Below the pieces are notes generated by a model, which made no database searches, had not been told where the DNA came from, and saw only the letters and a list, made by a program, of their open reading frames with translations. DNA of 54,391 nt from a virus (Duplodnaviria; Caudoviricetes), in the IMG/VR virus record IMGVR_UViG_3300019093_000014, positions 1 through 54,391 of that record; one strand, written 5' to 3'. Made by a program: the position numbers and the translations under genes. Positions within the stretch are counted from its first letter, which is position 1; each line of letters starts with the position of its first letter. Of the stretch, positions 41,201 through 47,789 are shown piece after piece.

Positions 41201-42077
41201 TATAAGTTTGACTATTGATTATTTCATTTTCAACATCTATAGCAGTATTTTCTGTAATATCAAATATTTTAATAATGCCTGAAGCGTCAGGTGTATTTTC
41301 ACTAACGTAATAAAGCACGTCGGCACATTCTAATGGAACGGTAAAAGTTATTACACCATTTTCCACAGCATAATTGTCCACCCCATCTGTAAATCTATGT
41401 GCTTCGCCTATTTCTCTTTGAGTCTTTATACTAAATGGTTCATTAGGGCAATTAATTTCAAATTGATAAGTCTGACCACGATATAAAGTTAGTGATGGAT
41501 TTCTAGTTAACCCATCTGGAGTAAAAAGAAGTGCTCTATTATCACCCTCGTCACTTAGTACAACTTTGTAGGTTTTGATTATTTCCAGTTGTTGGCCAGG
41601 TATAGTTATAGCATCTGGTCCAAATGGCAACCAATAATAATGTGCAAAATTAACAATTTTATCCCAATCTATATGTGGTTCCCAACTGTAAAATTCTTGT
41701 TGATTAACTCGTTCATGATTGTTTGTTATGCCACCCAGTACATCTATAGTATTGATATAATCTAAATAATCTTTATAAAAAGTCACATTGCCTACAGTGT
41801 CTTCAATGACTAAACTAGGCTCAAGTTGATAATTTTTTCTATCTTGAATAGGCTCATTTAAAAAGATATCATTGGCAGAGGTTGCTTTGGAATTTTCCCT
41901 ACCTATATAACCGTTAAGGCGCCGTATTGTACCATTTTGAATTAGTTGATTAATTGTACCAGAAATAAATTTTTTATTGCTGTCACTTCTATAAAATCTA
42001 GGTATAAGATTTTCAGCTTTTCTTTTTTGATTAGGGTCATTTGAAGGAAACAAATCTGATTGGTTATCTGCCATCAA
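29274..42077 (-). CDS. Giant (4267 aa) baseplate wedge-like structural protein
   Basis: Uninterrupted 12.8-kb ORF coupled (ATGA) to the gp6-like gene; LTLYRGQTYQF module, CBM-like W..N..Y..G repeats, FG..(I/V)S.S propeller-like repeats, G.GY...P.(V/I) repeats, C-terminal INGERIEY...LRRG..GT. Confidence 0.75.
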   Translation of the reverse strand: MMADNQSDLFPSNDPNQKRKAENLIPRFYRSDSNKKFISGTINQLIQNGTIRRLNGYIGRENSKATSANDIFLNEPIQDRKNYQLEPSLVIEDTVGNVTFYKDYLDYINTIDVLGGITNNHERVNQQEFYSWEPHIDWDKIVNFAHYYWLPFGPDAITIPGQQLEIIKTYKVVLSDEGDNRALLFTPDGLTRNPSLTLYRGQTYQFEINCPNEPFSIKTQREIGEAHRFTDGVDNYAVENGVITFTVPLECADVLYYVSENTPDASGIIKIFDITENTAIDVENEIINSQTYTLRSGLSLSNGMKVNFKGQVTPEFYSQGDFYVEGVGDRIQLIPEKQLEIVAPYTKDYDVTFDDTGYDKLPYNDVKYSPVAKDYISINRASADRNPWSRYNRWFHESIIEKTAIALGQKPVFDQSQRAKRPIIEFDANLKLFNFGTSPKQDVDLVDDFTSDVFSIIEGSLGYNIDNVQLVDGHRILFTGDSDPLVNGKIYRVNFITTHENNSSIGVRRIHLEEEPDTEPNLHDVVLVKNGVKYTAQMLWYNGTTWIVGQTKTTQNQQPLFDLFDEEGVNLTEVNKYDGSTFSGNKIFSYKIGSGKKDSELGFPLSYKNINNVGDILFNFDLLQNTFSYKILSEVITESTDNKFIKKVNKLSTEYLNGWTTNKLKNVQPIVRIYKNSNLTNNFPIDVYEDINNLDDLLVKVYINGKRLDKHLFSVVDDIVYKIVVLDNAVTDMDIVTLRCYSKQTKNNNGKYEFPINFQNNPLNNNINDFTLGEVIDHVDSIIDNIQTFEGIYPGIGNLRDLSNVSSYGTKFVQHSGSINLSLYHLTNKTANILKSLERARDDYGKFKRNFIGHLIGLSNDISVKESVDQILFEINQGNPKTAPYYFSDVLGYGACKQTNFTVQDYRVKKYPLSTPFTLDELNYKSVNVYLNGVQLIHERDYIFGIDGFIEVLTPIKENDIITVYEYESTDGCYIPSTPTVLGLYPKFEPQKYLDTTLLEPKYLIQGHDGSVILAYNDYRDDIILELEKRIFNNIKVKYNTDILDIYDFIPGANRPTAYSLDEFNKILGPSFFKWTGLIDKDFTKSLVYNSNNAFTFNYSEAIGIDGGNVPAFWRGIYKWYFDTDRIHLTPWESLGFSIKPKWWEDTYGTAPYTSNNLILWQDLRNGVIREPNRPVNRNPKFARPVLDVPPVDEIGNLIDPILANLTQGIFDTNPNENYVFGDQSPVETAWRRSSYYPFSLLITMILMQPNRVFAAYFDRSRIVKNDNNQLVYKDTNLRLRLTDVKTPNTIKDSTRTFTSGLINYIIDYLQGDNTSFLDTYKTDLKNINNKLSHRLAGFSSKEKYELILDSKSSAAKAGVFIPNENYKIFLNVGSPTKKLSYSGVIITKIKTKRGIGYVIKGYNQTNPYFYYYPWLQSGVNLNVGGISESYIDWRPNQQYLVGNILSIDRYYYRVKVSHASQDNPSYDLLQKIPALPIVGGVVANLRKKWQRDPVVLNYGTILNSIQEVVDFLQGHGEYLKDQGFSFDNFNPDLRNVASWDVSIKEFLFWTTQNWSSGSENYIEWTENTAYKLGTVVFYNGDYYRSKQDQAPSETFNPANYFRLESLNSDGASAISLSPAALQLDLNLKFNTVDDLREQNNAYEIFSADGKAYPPNLLNYTRYDNTFTLRPKDENLGIYGATIYLVQKEHVLLIDNVTQFNDLIYNLETGYRQEKIQVAGYKTINWDGSLDAPGFIYDRANIDDWTPWKDYHLGEIVRYKEFYYSATTFLPGIETFNKVDWIRLDSKPTSELLPNWDYKALQFTDFYDLDSDNFDVGQQKMAQHLIGYQKRQYLENIIKNDVSEFKFYQGMIQEKGSINSLNKLFDVLSAEDKDSIDFIEEWAIRVGQYGGKDAFDEIEFVLDESLFKINPQAIELVTTTNDASLDFIIRQTKKDIYLRSKNYQNNIWVANKNFIPFLRTPGFVKYDQVKFNTDKLEDLLSQNPINFVSGDYIWTAFEPKLNEFNDDWNVYRFTHMPYVVIDLNFNPVDKELTITLDQDQIPNFEVGELIAITANYEKLNLFCKINSISSKTIVLATALDSYSPPNDSLQFLFRSTKLFKLTKQRFNTIDDLVVPSYLKENELAWINKSVDDKYAIWANNSVYDRNKIYRTALTNNSRFGETISISKSSNWLAISKFDNQVFVYYKPSIISDWSLLQIINSDRDNFGKSLAFSDDGNWLAVAGEMSISLFLFDELTRKYIFENVLTNSIDSFGYKIKFAYDETYSLVVGNRSSVYYYKLIENSTNIWQCLDQVDKSDGSDFDVDQKAKTLAITDPQDKILIYQRSGDEFDKDQSMIYEITNLNYKQFGLAVSLSENATYLAVTGVLQNTTQQRAVCIYKNYEPFQTLTDRNSELDPDEQFGTYIKFVNDEKTLVIHSKYANSSRNNLFNYDDSTIEDSTLADSTVKYDDSTILNYDDSTVNLINFDSGRVDVYDRYENKFIYAESLSVETDGIDEYGYKVAAADNDIIISAPNALNDRRSGAVYTHYRNDYSWKIIEKESPKIDLSLFKKIFLYNRRTNELLTYLDIVDIIQGKIPGKAEEQIKYKTYYDPATYSYATLDSQLDINVDDGMSWLDKQVGTLWWDLRRAKFLDAHIGDITYKNNTWNTLYETASIDIYEWVESKISPEDWDILSNTIDGISQGVTGTSLYGGLAYSIKKKYDSVSKKFTSLYYFWVKNKSTLPNINGRINSALEIANIISNPKGQGLKYIEFTNSNSISLTNIRNLLTSKDVVLSVQYWLPNIDHSANVHSEWKIISENEKTEIPKQIERKWIDSLVGFDENGKMIPDLTLSPKQRYGIEFKPRQSMFVNRLEAIKQVIERFNSEFKKIQIENINLTDLVKKDLAPSEIFGFYDYVIDTEKELRFINVEFFKKPDLKLNIENGKIVSISVLESGAGYKYPPVLNIIAGGGIGVKTQVVLNNTGGILEVKILSQGEGYDLDILTSTAPYIPNRGISYRSLCVLVRSDSTVFGNWCIYAYSNKIWSKIKIQEYDVTNFWHYIDWYEDGYDQYTKIDYVVDSTYQLFVNDIKIGQVVKVNNVGSSGWLLLKKYSNIESIDYTQSFQVIGRQNGSIQLSPKFYNFTDNRLGYDSNLYDINKFDNSGSTELRIILNTLKDKILIDNRRMIYLNLFFLSIKYALSEQPFLDWIFKTSFVKALHNVGKLRQKITYNNDNLEDYESYIAEVKPYRTKIREFVSVYNNMDNSQSLVTDFDLPSFVVNNQIVAAQTRIDADLTYFSNIVQEYPWRLWLDNFSFSVKEILVFDGGSGYLSRPRVDIEGDCLVPATARAYISKGQVTKIEILTEGSGYYKAPIIKIVGHLDIDGVQARATAVIKNDLVRTNTMALRFDRYAKEPIENILPLTKTETFIGDSYTISYDLIYSPNTEKNQNSVKFTIDGIEIDALKGSYSLVKTSKPSPDGSHTIYYGKIVFNSLPVKKDPKKIFTITVNYKKDFYHLKALDRITHYYNPESGMIGKDFAQLMTGIDYGGVSIVGINFDPPEKWDSENNPWGEKAWDPRSNGDDIRIYDTLVEGGNFKTGTYATATGVKAEDIIIDGDRFISPLTSPAPEEMLPGHVADTVVIKVSDILINESADIICDNYISDGSTSDYKIGQYPNNKSAVIVKVGPDILSPNVDYVVDFDNLLVKFNDLPSRGTPISIINMGFNGDNVLEIDHKIISTPTKEIVLNMAWQNDLELLVLVSGEIVNFTIVKTDKSYSIENKLAIKFTDQLAIGQVVNYVIFKKSKTTSLVYRETFKTDGTTLTYDLSTLFGKSLPLTQNTIVRVGNQILNSTDSFSFILKNNEYNYDIPLGKGGVNQTDVFDIIKDYKVYIDGKEVVLSADYNINLIIQRIEILPNAYIENAKVLVTITKYSDYEITPITENRSDGKIANIKLKNSYPDNTEIEVISMYNHDVLNIQRSDYKRISNIDNFVNSIYYLDAIKIGGGILTLNEPIINTNYVWITKNKTLLIPNSDYILSENKKEVILSILPTTDDVFSVLTFGTNISRDPIAFMQFKDILNRVHYKRLSKNKTTKLAEDLKFSDKEIELDNITALGEPNITLNQPGVVYINGERIEYFIKNQNTITQLRRGTWGTGIPQTHPLGTEVFDIGVTETIPYEDKVEIHEWAPDTDLPYIPNKNGIEIFVGGVRQRKNKYWMHDPTIHPESPEGDVEYPADFTIDETTARIQLNTVPRPGIKTQVVRKTLTVWEDSGKDIANSTNSVAYFLKFKSKN
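34696..34792 (-). repeat. Five DST micro-repeats inside the giant protein
   Basis: NYDDSTIEDSTLADSTVKYDDSTILNYDDSTV; DNA gt(a/g)ctatc occurs five times. Confidence 0.85.
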
Positions 42078-45000
42078 TAATCCCCTGTTCTGCTAGTAAT
42101 ATTTTGTTGTGACACCACCGTATTAGGTGAATTGATGATACCATCAGCTAATATATTACTAGCAGTTATAGTGCTAATTACTTCAATATCATCAGCAGTA
42201 GCACCATTGATAAAAATTTGATCGCTTTCTGCTTTAATTTCAAACAAACTTCCAAAACGCAAATCAGGTTGTCTAGGAACTATAATTATGTTTACTAGAT
42301 ATGGTGTAGTTCTACTCATAACATAGGCAACTAATTCACTGAAGTAAAAACTGTCACCAAAGTCCCAATTTTCTATGGCAAAAAATTCATTTATGGCCAA
42401 TAATACATTAGTTCTTATTTCATTATCACTGATAATCTGTTCAGAATTTTTAATAATTTTAAATGTGGCTCTTAGATTTAAACTGGCTTTGGGCCCAAAC
42501 AATACTTTATATTTTACTGGATGATATATAATTTCATCACTCATAGCCTTAATATTATTCAAACTTGGAGATAATACCAAATTTAATTCATCAGAACTGG
42601 CTGGGAAAGGTTCTTGATCTAAGGTGCCAATTAACCATTTTCTAAATTCTGAATCATATTGTTTGGTTAATACATAAAGATCCATGATATTAATCTGTCC
42701 AGGATCTATCCTAGACTCATAGTCTGCGCTATGTATATACTGGAATTTTAAATCTGATCTACCTTGAAAAACTTTATAATCTAAACTAGCAATAAATCTT
42801 CCTTGCGTTGCATTCCATTTTTGGACTGTTTTAGTATCTAAAAAATAATAATATTGATTATCAATTCTATCTATTAGAGATTCAATATTGGACTGAATAT
42901 ATATTATCGGTGTATTATTGCTAGAAACATTTTTAACGTATCTATAATCCAATTGTCCTGTGGCAACTTCGTATCTTTCTAAAATAATATATTTTGATTG
43001 ATCAGTACTGGGGTTTACAATAACATCAAACAAATCAGGGTCATCAACTACCCCATCATCGTTGCTATCATTAAAACTTATTTCTATTCTTTTAGTATCC
43101 ACATACCCATCTGCCCCTAAAAATTCTTGATCGACTTCCCAATTTAAATTATAGGTAAACGGGGATATTTGATTTAAACTAGTAGGATCTGAATTGATGC
43201 TTAATACTGTTATTTGATCCTTGACCACTAAATTACTTCTGCTATCATAAATTTTATTATTACTATCGTAATAAAAACGAATTTGATTATCACTTGCAAA
43301 AACATATTTTAATTTTCTAGATTTAACAACATAGAATTCTGTATCAGTGGTGAATAACAATAGCCAACTACTATCTAGTTTTTGATTACCATTGTCACCA
43401 GCTTTGCCAGTATTAAATTCATCAACAATATTAAGATTACTTTCAAATACTATTTTCCAGTTTTTAGATATTGTATCATATCTAAGACCAAAAGGCTTGT
43501 TAGCAAACACCAAATCAACAATAGTTGAAATTGTATTAGTATCTAATGAAGTTCTCCATCTTGGAATTATTTTGTTTAATCGTGAATTAGTTGGCACTTG
43601 AATATTTAAAGTTATGGCTCCATTGCCATTTGTTAAAATACCTGTATCTGCCTCACCTAATTTATTGCCTAAGCCATCATTGGTTATGCTAACAACTTTG
43701 GCCCAAATATATGTGACACCGCCAAATGGTATACCTGTACTAGGAATTTTCACAGTAGTATTACTGTCTAATGTGTTGAAATAAAATCCAGGTTGTGGAA
43801 CAAACTTAATTAAAGCGCCAGGTTCTACATTTTTTAAATCACTGTTTGTTGAGCCAATTACTATTTTAGCAAAATCTTTGAAATAACCAGTAGATTGATT
43901 AGTGTCCTTGGTCTGCTGAGTCCAAGTTAAGTTAGAAAAGATAATAGTTGTTTTACCAAATTTATCATAGTAAAAATTACGAAGGTTTAAATCCTTAATA
44001 ACATTAAAAACTTGATTATATACTACACCTTCAATATCAGTTTTATTAATATAATTAAATCTAAAACTATCTTCGTATTCTTGTTTATAAAGAATACCAT
44101 CATTGCCAAATAAATTTGTACTACTATATTTGCCAGTTGGATCATTGAGATCAAAATATCTACTAATACCGCTACTAGATCTATTGATAGATTTAATTTT
44201 TATTATTTCTTGACTGACACTTAATGGACTAATATTATAATCCTCTGCTGTGATCATACGATTTTGTGTATAATACGTGGCAGGAGCATTGGCCTTAATT
44301 TGTTCATTACTTTCAAATGGAGCACCATTATTAATACTAGATTGTAATCCCATAGTTAATGATATTACTTCACTTTGGCCGGTGTTCGAAACATATTGAA
44401 TTTCAACGACAACGTTTTTAATATCCTTAGGATTAATTGTATAACTAAGTCCATTACTGATACGATAATATATTCTAAAATTACCTAATGGCAATGTACC
44501 AAACGTACCGTCACTAAAGTTTATACTAATTCTATCATTGGCCCTAGTAATAACTGAATAGATATTTCTAATATTTTTCTTTAGACTATTATAAATTACA
44601 TTATTACCTTCAAAACTTGAGACTTTTGCCCAATATTCTGACTCTATTCCATCAGAGTTTAATTTGTAAAGCCAAACATCAGTATTATTAATGTTGTCAG
44701 AGTCAATATCAATAATTTCGTTAGTACTGGGATTTGAGATTGAAAATGTACCAGTATTCAAACTGCCCTGTCTAAAATGTAAAAAGAATCCAGAAGTGGG
44801 ACTTGAAGGGCCTCTTCCATCATCTCTATAAAGAAATGCCAAACTTTTCCCAACTTGCGGAGGATCCTCCATAATGTCAGTGCCATTTTCTATGGTAGTA
44901 CTGACAACTTCAAAATTCATATTTCTTCCATCTACAATTTTACTAAATCCATAGACTGGGATTATATTATTTGCTGACTGTAATCTATATTGTTCTGTTG

Positions 45001-45547
45001 GTATATTATAAATTACTGCTTTGTTATTCGGATTACCAAACTGACTATTTGCTGGCAATGCTGCATTAATTACTTTGATAAATTGTTCATACCAATTACT
45101 ATTGGCATTGTCATTCCATATTATTTCTTGACCTCGTAAATTTCTACCATTACTGTCAATAATATCTTGTGTTGTGCTGATGCTTTGAAATTTAAGTAAT
45201 CCGTTAGCAGCAAGATTACGTTTGGCGTTATATCCAATAGTTCTTGATAATCTTAGTACACTTTCTCTACGTTCAGCCAGTTCTAAAAAATTATCACGTG
45301 CATTTAGGTCTACTCTAAATGCAATACTTTGCCCTAAAAAAGCAATCATATCTATCAATGCTAGATATTCACTGCTTTCAATATAATCATTAAAATCTTC
45401 TGGATAATTTTCTCTTAGATAATCCACCATGACTCTGCGAAGATTTTCAAAGTCATAACTTTTAAAGTCCGCATTACGATAACTTTGATAGATTTTTTTC
45501 CAATCTTCGGCAACTAATAATCTATTTTGTCTATTGGTGGATGACAT
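42074..45547 (-). CDS. Baseplate wedge subunit (T4 gp6-like)
   Basis: SYDFENLR...YPEDFND..ESS...NFL..AERRESV..L...GY; FSDG.FG.LP; QNRMITAEDY. Confidence 0.8.
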   Translation of the reverse strand: MSSTNRQNRLLVAEDWKKIYQSYRNADFKSYDFENLRRVMVDYLRENYPEDFNDYIESSEYLALIDMIAFLGQSIAFRVDLNARDNFLELAERRESVLRLSRTIGYNAKRNLAANGLLKFQSISTTQDIIDSNGRNLRGQEIIWNDNANSNWYEQFIKVINAALPANSQFGNPNNKAVIYNIPTEQYRLQSANNIIPVYGFSKIVDGRNMNFEVVSTTIENGTDIMEDPPQVGKSLAFLYRDDGRGPSSPTSGFFLHFRQGSLNTGTFSISNPSTNEIIDIDSDNINNTDVWLYKLNSDGIESEYWAKVSSFEGNNVIYNSLKKNIRNIYSVITRANDRISINFSDGTFGTLPLGNFRIYYRISNGLSYTINPKDIKNVVVEIQYVSNTGQSEVISLTMGLQSSINNGAPFESNEQIKANAPATYYTQNRMITAEDYNISPLSVSQEIIKIKSINRSSSGISRYFDLNDPTGKYSSTNLFGNDGILYKQEYEDSFRFNYINKTDIEGVVYNQVFNVIKDLNLRNFYYDKFGKTTIIFSNLTWTQQTKDTNQSTGYFKDFAKIVIGSTNSDLKNVEPGALIKFVPQPGFYFNTLDSNTTVKIPSTGIPFGGVTYIWAKVVSITNDGLGNKLGEADTGILTNGNGAITLNIQVPTNSRLNKIIPRWRTSLDTNTISTIVDLVFANKPFGLRYDTISKNWKIVFESNLNIVDEFNTGKAGDNGNQKLDSSWLLLFTTDTEFYVVKSRKLKYVFASDNQIRFYYDSNNKIYDSRSNLVVKDQITVLSINSDPTSLNQISPFTYNLNWEVDQEFLGADGYVDTKRIEISFNDSNDDGVVDDPDLFDVIVNPSTDQSKYIILERYEVATGQLDYRYVKNVSSNNTPIIYIQSNIESLIDRIDNQYYYFLDTKTVQKWNATQGRFIASLDYKVFQGRSDLKFQYIHSADYESRIDPGQINIMDLYVLTKQYDSEFRKWLIGTLDQEPFPASSDELNLVLSPSLNNIKAMSDEIIYHPVKYKVLFGPKASLNLRATFKIIKNSEQIISDNEIRTNVLLAINEFFAIENWDFGDSFYFSELVAYVMSRTTPYLVNIIIVPRQPDLRFGSLFEIKAESDQIFINGATADDIEVISTITASNILADGIINSPNTVVSQQNITSRTGDY

Positions 45548-45566
45548 TGGCAGTCCTTATACTTGA

Positions 45567-45574
45567 TATTTATA
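45567..45574 (-). promoter_or_regulatory. Canonical T4-type late promoter TATAAATA
   Basis: Exact match upstream of the AAGGA RBS and ATG 45547; preceded by a small inverted repeat ATAAAC-TAGCA-GTTTAT (45582-45598). Confidence 0.75.
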
Positions 45575-45594
45575 GTAGATAATAAACTGCTAGT

Positions 45595-46035
45595 TTATCC
45601 GATTAATCCATTATCTTGATCAAATCTAAATCTCAATGATTCAGACACATTATAAGGAAGATAGAGTAAACTGCACTCAATTTGAATACCACTTTCATAG
45701 GCAGTGACAATTACGTCATTGGCTACTACTCTAGGATCATAGTTAATAATATCTTCAACATTTTGTAATATTAAAGCCTGTAATTCATCAGTTAGAGGTT
45801 CAAAAATTACATCCCAAATTATGGTACCGAATTCAGGATTCATTAATCTTTCACCTTGTCTCACATGGAAATGATTGATAATGTCCTGTTTGATCAGGGC
45901 CAAATCATAAAGAGCAAATGATTCAGTATCAGTACTCACTGAGCTAAACCCTCTATAAGTTCTTGGCAAGGGAGGTATTGCCTTAGGAGTTTTGCCCTTT
46001 ACTACTAGTTTTTCATAAAGACGTTGAATAGCCAT
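45595..46035 (-). CDS. Baseplate wedge subunit (gp25/GPW-like)
   Basis: YRGFS...LIKQDIINHF..RQGERLMNPEFG..IW..IFEP...YDPRV. Confidence 0.85.
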   Translation of the reverse strand: MAIQRLYEKLVVKGKTPKAIPPLPRTYRGFSSVSTDTESFALYDLALIKQDIINHFHVRQGERLMNPEFGTIIWDVIFEPLTDELQALILQNVEDIINYDPRVVANDVIVTAYESGIQIECSLLYLPYNVSESLRFRFDQDNGLIG

Positions 46036-46037
46036 AA

Positions 46038-47789
46038 TTATTCTTCCTTTTGAATTTTAGCAAACGTATCAGTACTGGTGGTATATTTTTGCTTGTCAGC
46101 TGGTTGCCCTGACCAATATTCTGGTAAATTTTTGTCCACTAATAAAATTGATTCACTATTTTCTTCATTTCTCCCATCAATATCCCTGTCTGTTTTTTCA
46201 GGAGTAAATTGTTTTGGGTCTAAATTTTCATGATGTGCCCAAGGTTCGTGTGTTGGCACACGACGCATAATAGTATTAAATAATTTTGATCCCTTTTCAT
46301 CTGGTACACTATGGGTTTTCAATACTTTTGGTAATTCAGCTTCAGCAGCTTCAGCCGCAGTGGCTGCTGTAGGTGCTGCTGGTCCGTTAAGATTGATTGT
46401 GCTAGCGCTGAGTACTAAACTTGCTCCCCCAATACTAGTTGCACCGCCGCCTGTCCATTTACTGGCGCCGCCACTTTTAATATCAAGAGCTCCTCCAGCA
46501 GTAATCACGTTATTGCCTCCAGAATTAAGCTCTGAATTGCCCCCAGCAGTTAATTTATTATTGCCACCACTTTTTAAATCAAAATTACCGCCATTTTTAT
46601 GTAAATGATTTCCATCAATAGTAGTATTGACGTTGCCCACTACCCAATTAGATTGATTACCTTTTACTATGGAGTTTTGATCTTTAATTACTTCAGTCTG
46701 CATTTCGCCACCAACTTTGGTATTAAAATTTCTCCCACACTCCATGTTAATATCTCGATCAGCATAGAAATTTAAATCATTTTTTGTATGAACACTAATA
46801 CTATCTTCTGCATAGATATCTATTTTACCATTGCTAGACATTTCTAACCAAGTAGTACCACGAGCATTGCCTATGTAGATCAAATCTTCGCTATTGTGTA
46901 ATAATATTTGATGCCCAGTTCTTGTTTTTAGCCTAATTAGTTCATTATGGGGAATAGTAACATCGCCACCTTTTTCCTTTCCTTCAACTGATACGTATTC
47001 TGGAGGACCCTCGCCTGCTGTTTTTTTTCTAAGAAATTTATCATCACCGTCATCCATAACAAAACTAGAACCTCCTAGTCTGCTAACAAAAGTTGTAGCT
47101 TCGTTATCTATCTTACCTGTTTTAGCCTTTTTTGCGCCATTTTGTTTGTCTATGGGTCCTGGTGTACTAATTCCAAATACAGCACTGGGCCATTCTCTTC
47201 TAGCACTACTAGTAGTAATACCTCTGATATCATCTAATAGTAATCCTTGTTTATCTAATATATCTTTAAAAGGATGTATGGCCTTTTTAGTTTTAGTTAG
47301 GTCTGCTAGGGCTATTTGCGATGCTTTATGACTATATTCGACAACCGGCAGCCGTTTTTTAATATTTTCATTATTATAAGTCGTTGCAGCATATCCTGGT
47401 GTCATAAAATTCACACCAGGATTTTGTGCATTGTGTACGCAGCCAATCCAATAACCTTTTTTGGGATCTCCTTCTACAAATACTACCATCACAATGGAGC
47501 CAACATCAGGAGGTATCATCCACATGCCATAACTTTTTTGTGAATTATTATAATCTAATTCCCCTGTGGTATATTCTGAATCAGTATATCCCATAAACGG
47601 ACTCATATATCTTACCGAATGAGTTTGGCTTCCTTTTCTAGGTTCGCCGCCAACTTCCTGTAAAAGTTGAACTTGTAAATTTCCCATATATGCTGGATCT
47701 AAAAAACTGATGATTTTAGCTAGATATGGTCCAGGATTATTACTTTTAGTATTGTTATTATCCGATACTCTTTTATCTTGACTACCCAT
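46038..47789 (-). CDS. Baseplate central spike (gp5/VgrG-like)
   Basis: OB-fold pattern DP..MG.LQV...PPDVGS.V.V.F..GD....YWIG; RTGHQI; beta-helix-type repeats and Gly-rich 8-residue repeats ending INLNGP. Confidence 0.75.
   Translation of the reverse strand: MGSQDKRVSDNNNTKSNNPGPYLAKIISFLDPAYMGNLQVQLLQEVGGEPRKGSQTHSVRYMSPFMGYTDSEYTTGELDYNNSQKSYGMWMIPPDVGSIVMVVFVEGDPKKGYWIGCVHNAQNPGVNFMTPGYAATTYNNENIKKRLPVVEYSHKASQIALADLTKTKKAIHPFKDILDKQGLLLDDIRGITTSSARREWPSAVFGISTPGPIDKQNGAKKAKTGKIDNEATTFVSRLGGSSFVMDDGDDKFLRKKTAGEGPPEYVSVEGKEKGGDVTIPHNELIRLKTRTGHQILLHNSEDLIYIGNARGTTWLEMSSNGKIDIYAEDSISVHTKNDLNFYADRDINMECGRNFNTKVGGEMQTEVIKDQNSIVKGNQSNWVVGNVNTTIDGNHLHKNGGNFDLKSGGNNKLTAGGNSELNSGGNNVITAGGALDIKSGGASKWTGGGATSIGGASLVLSASTINLNGPAAPTAATAAEAAEAELPKVLKTHSVPDEKGSKLFNTIMRRVPTHEPWAHHENLDPKQFTPEKTDRDIDGRNEENSESILLVDKNLPEYWSGQPADKQKYTTSTDTFAKIQKEE

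Noticed and set aside
45582-45598. ATAAAC-TAGCA-GTTTAT as an intrinsic terminator
   Set aside because: The stem is short and AT-rich with no proper U-tract; kept only as a note beside the late promoter.
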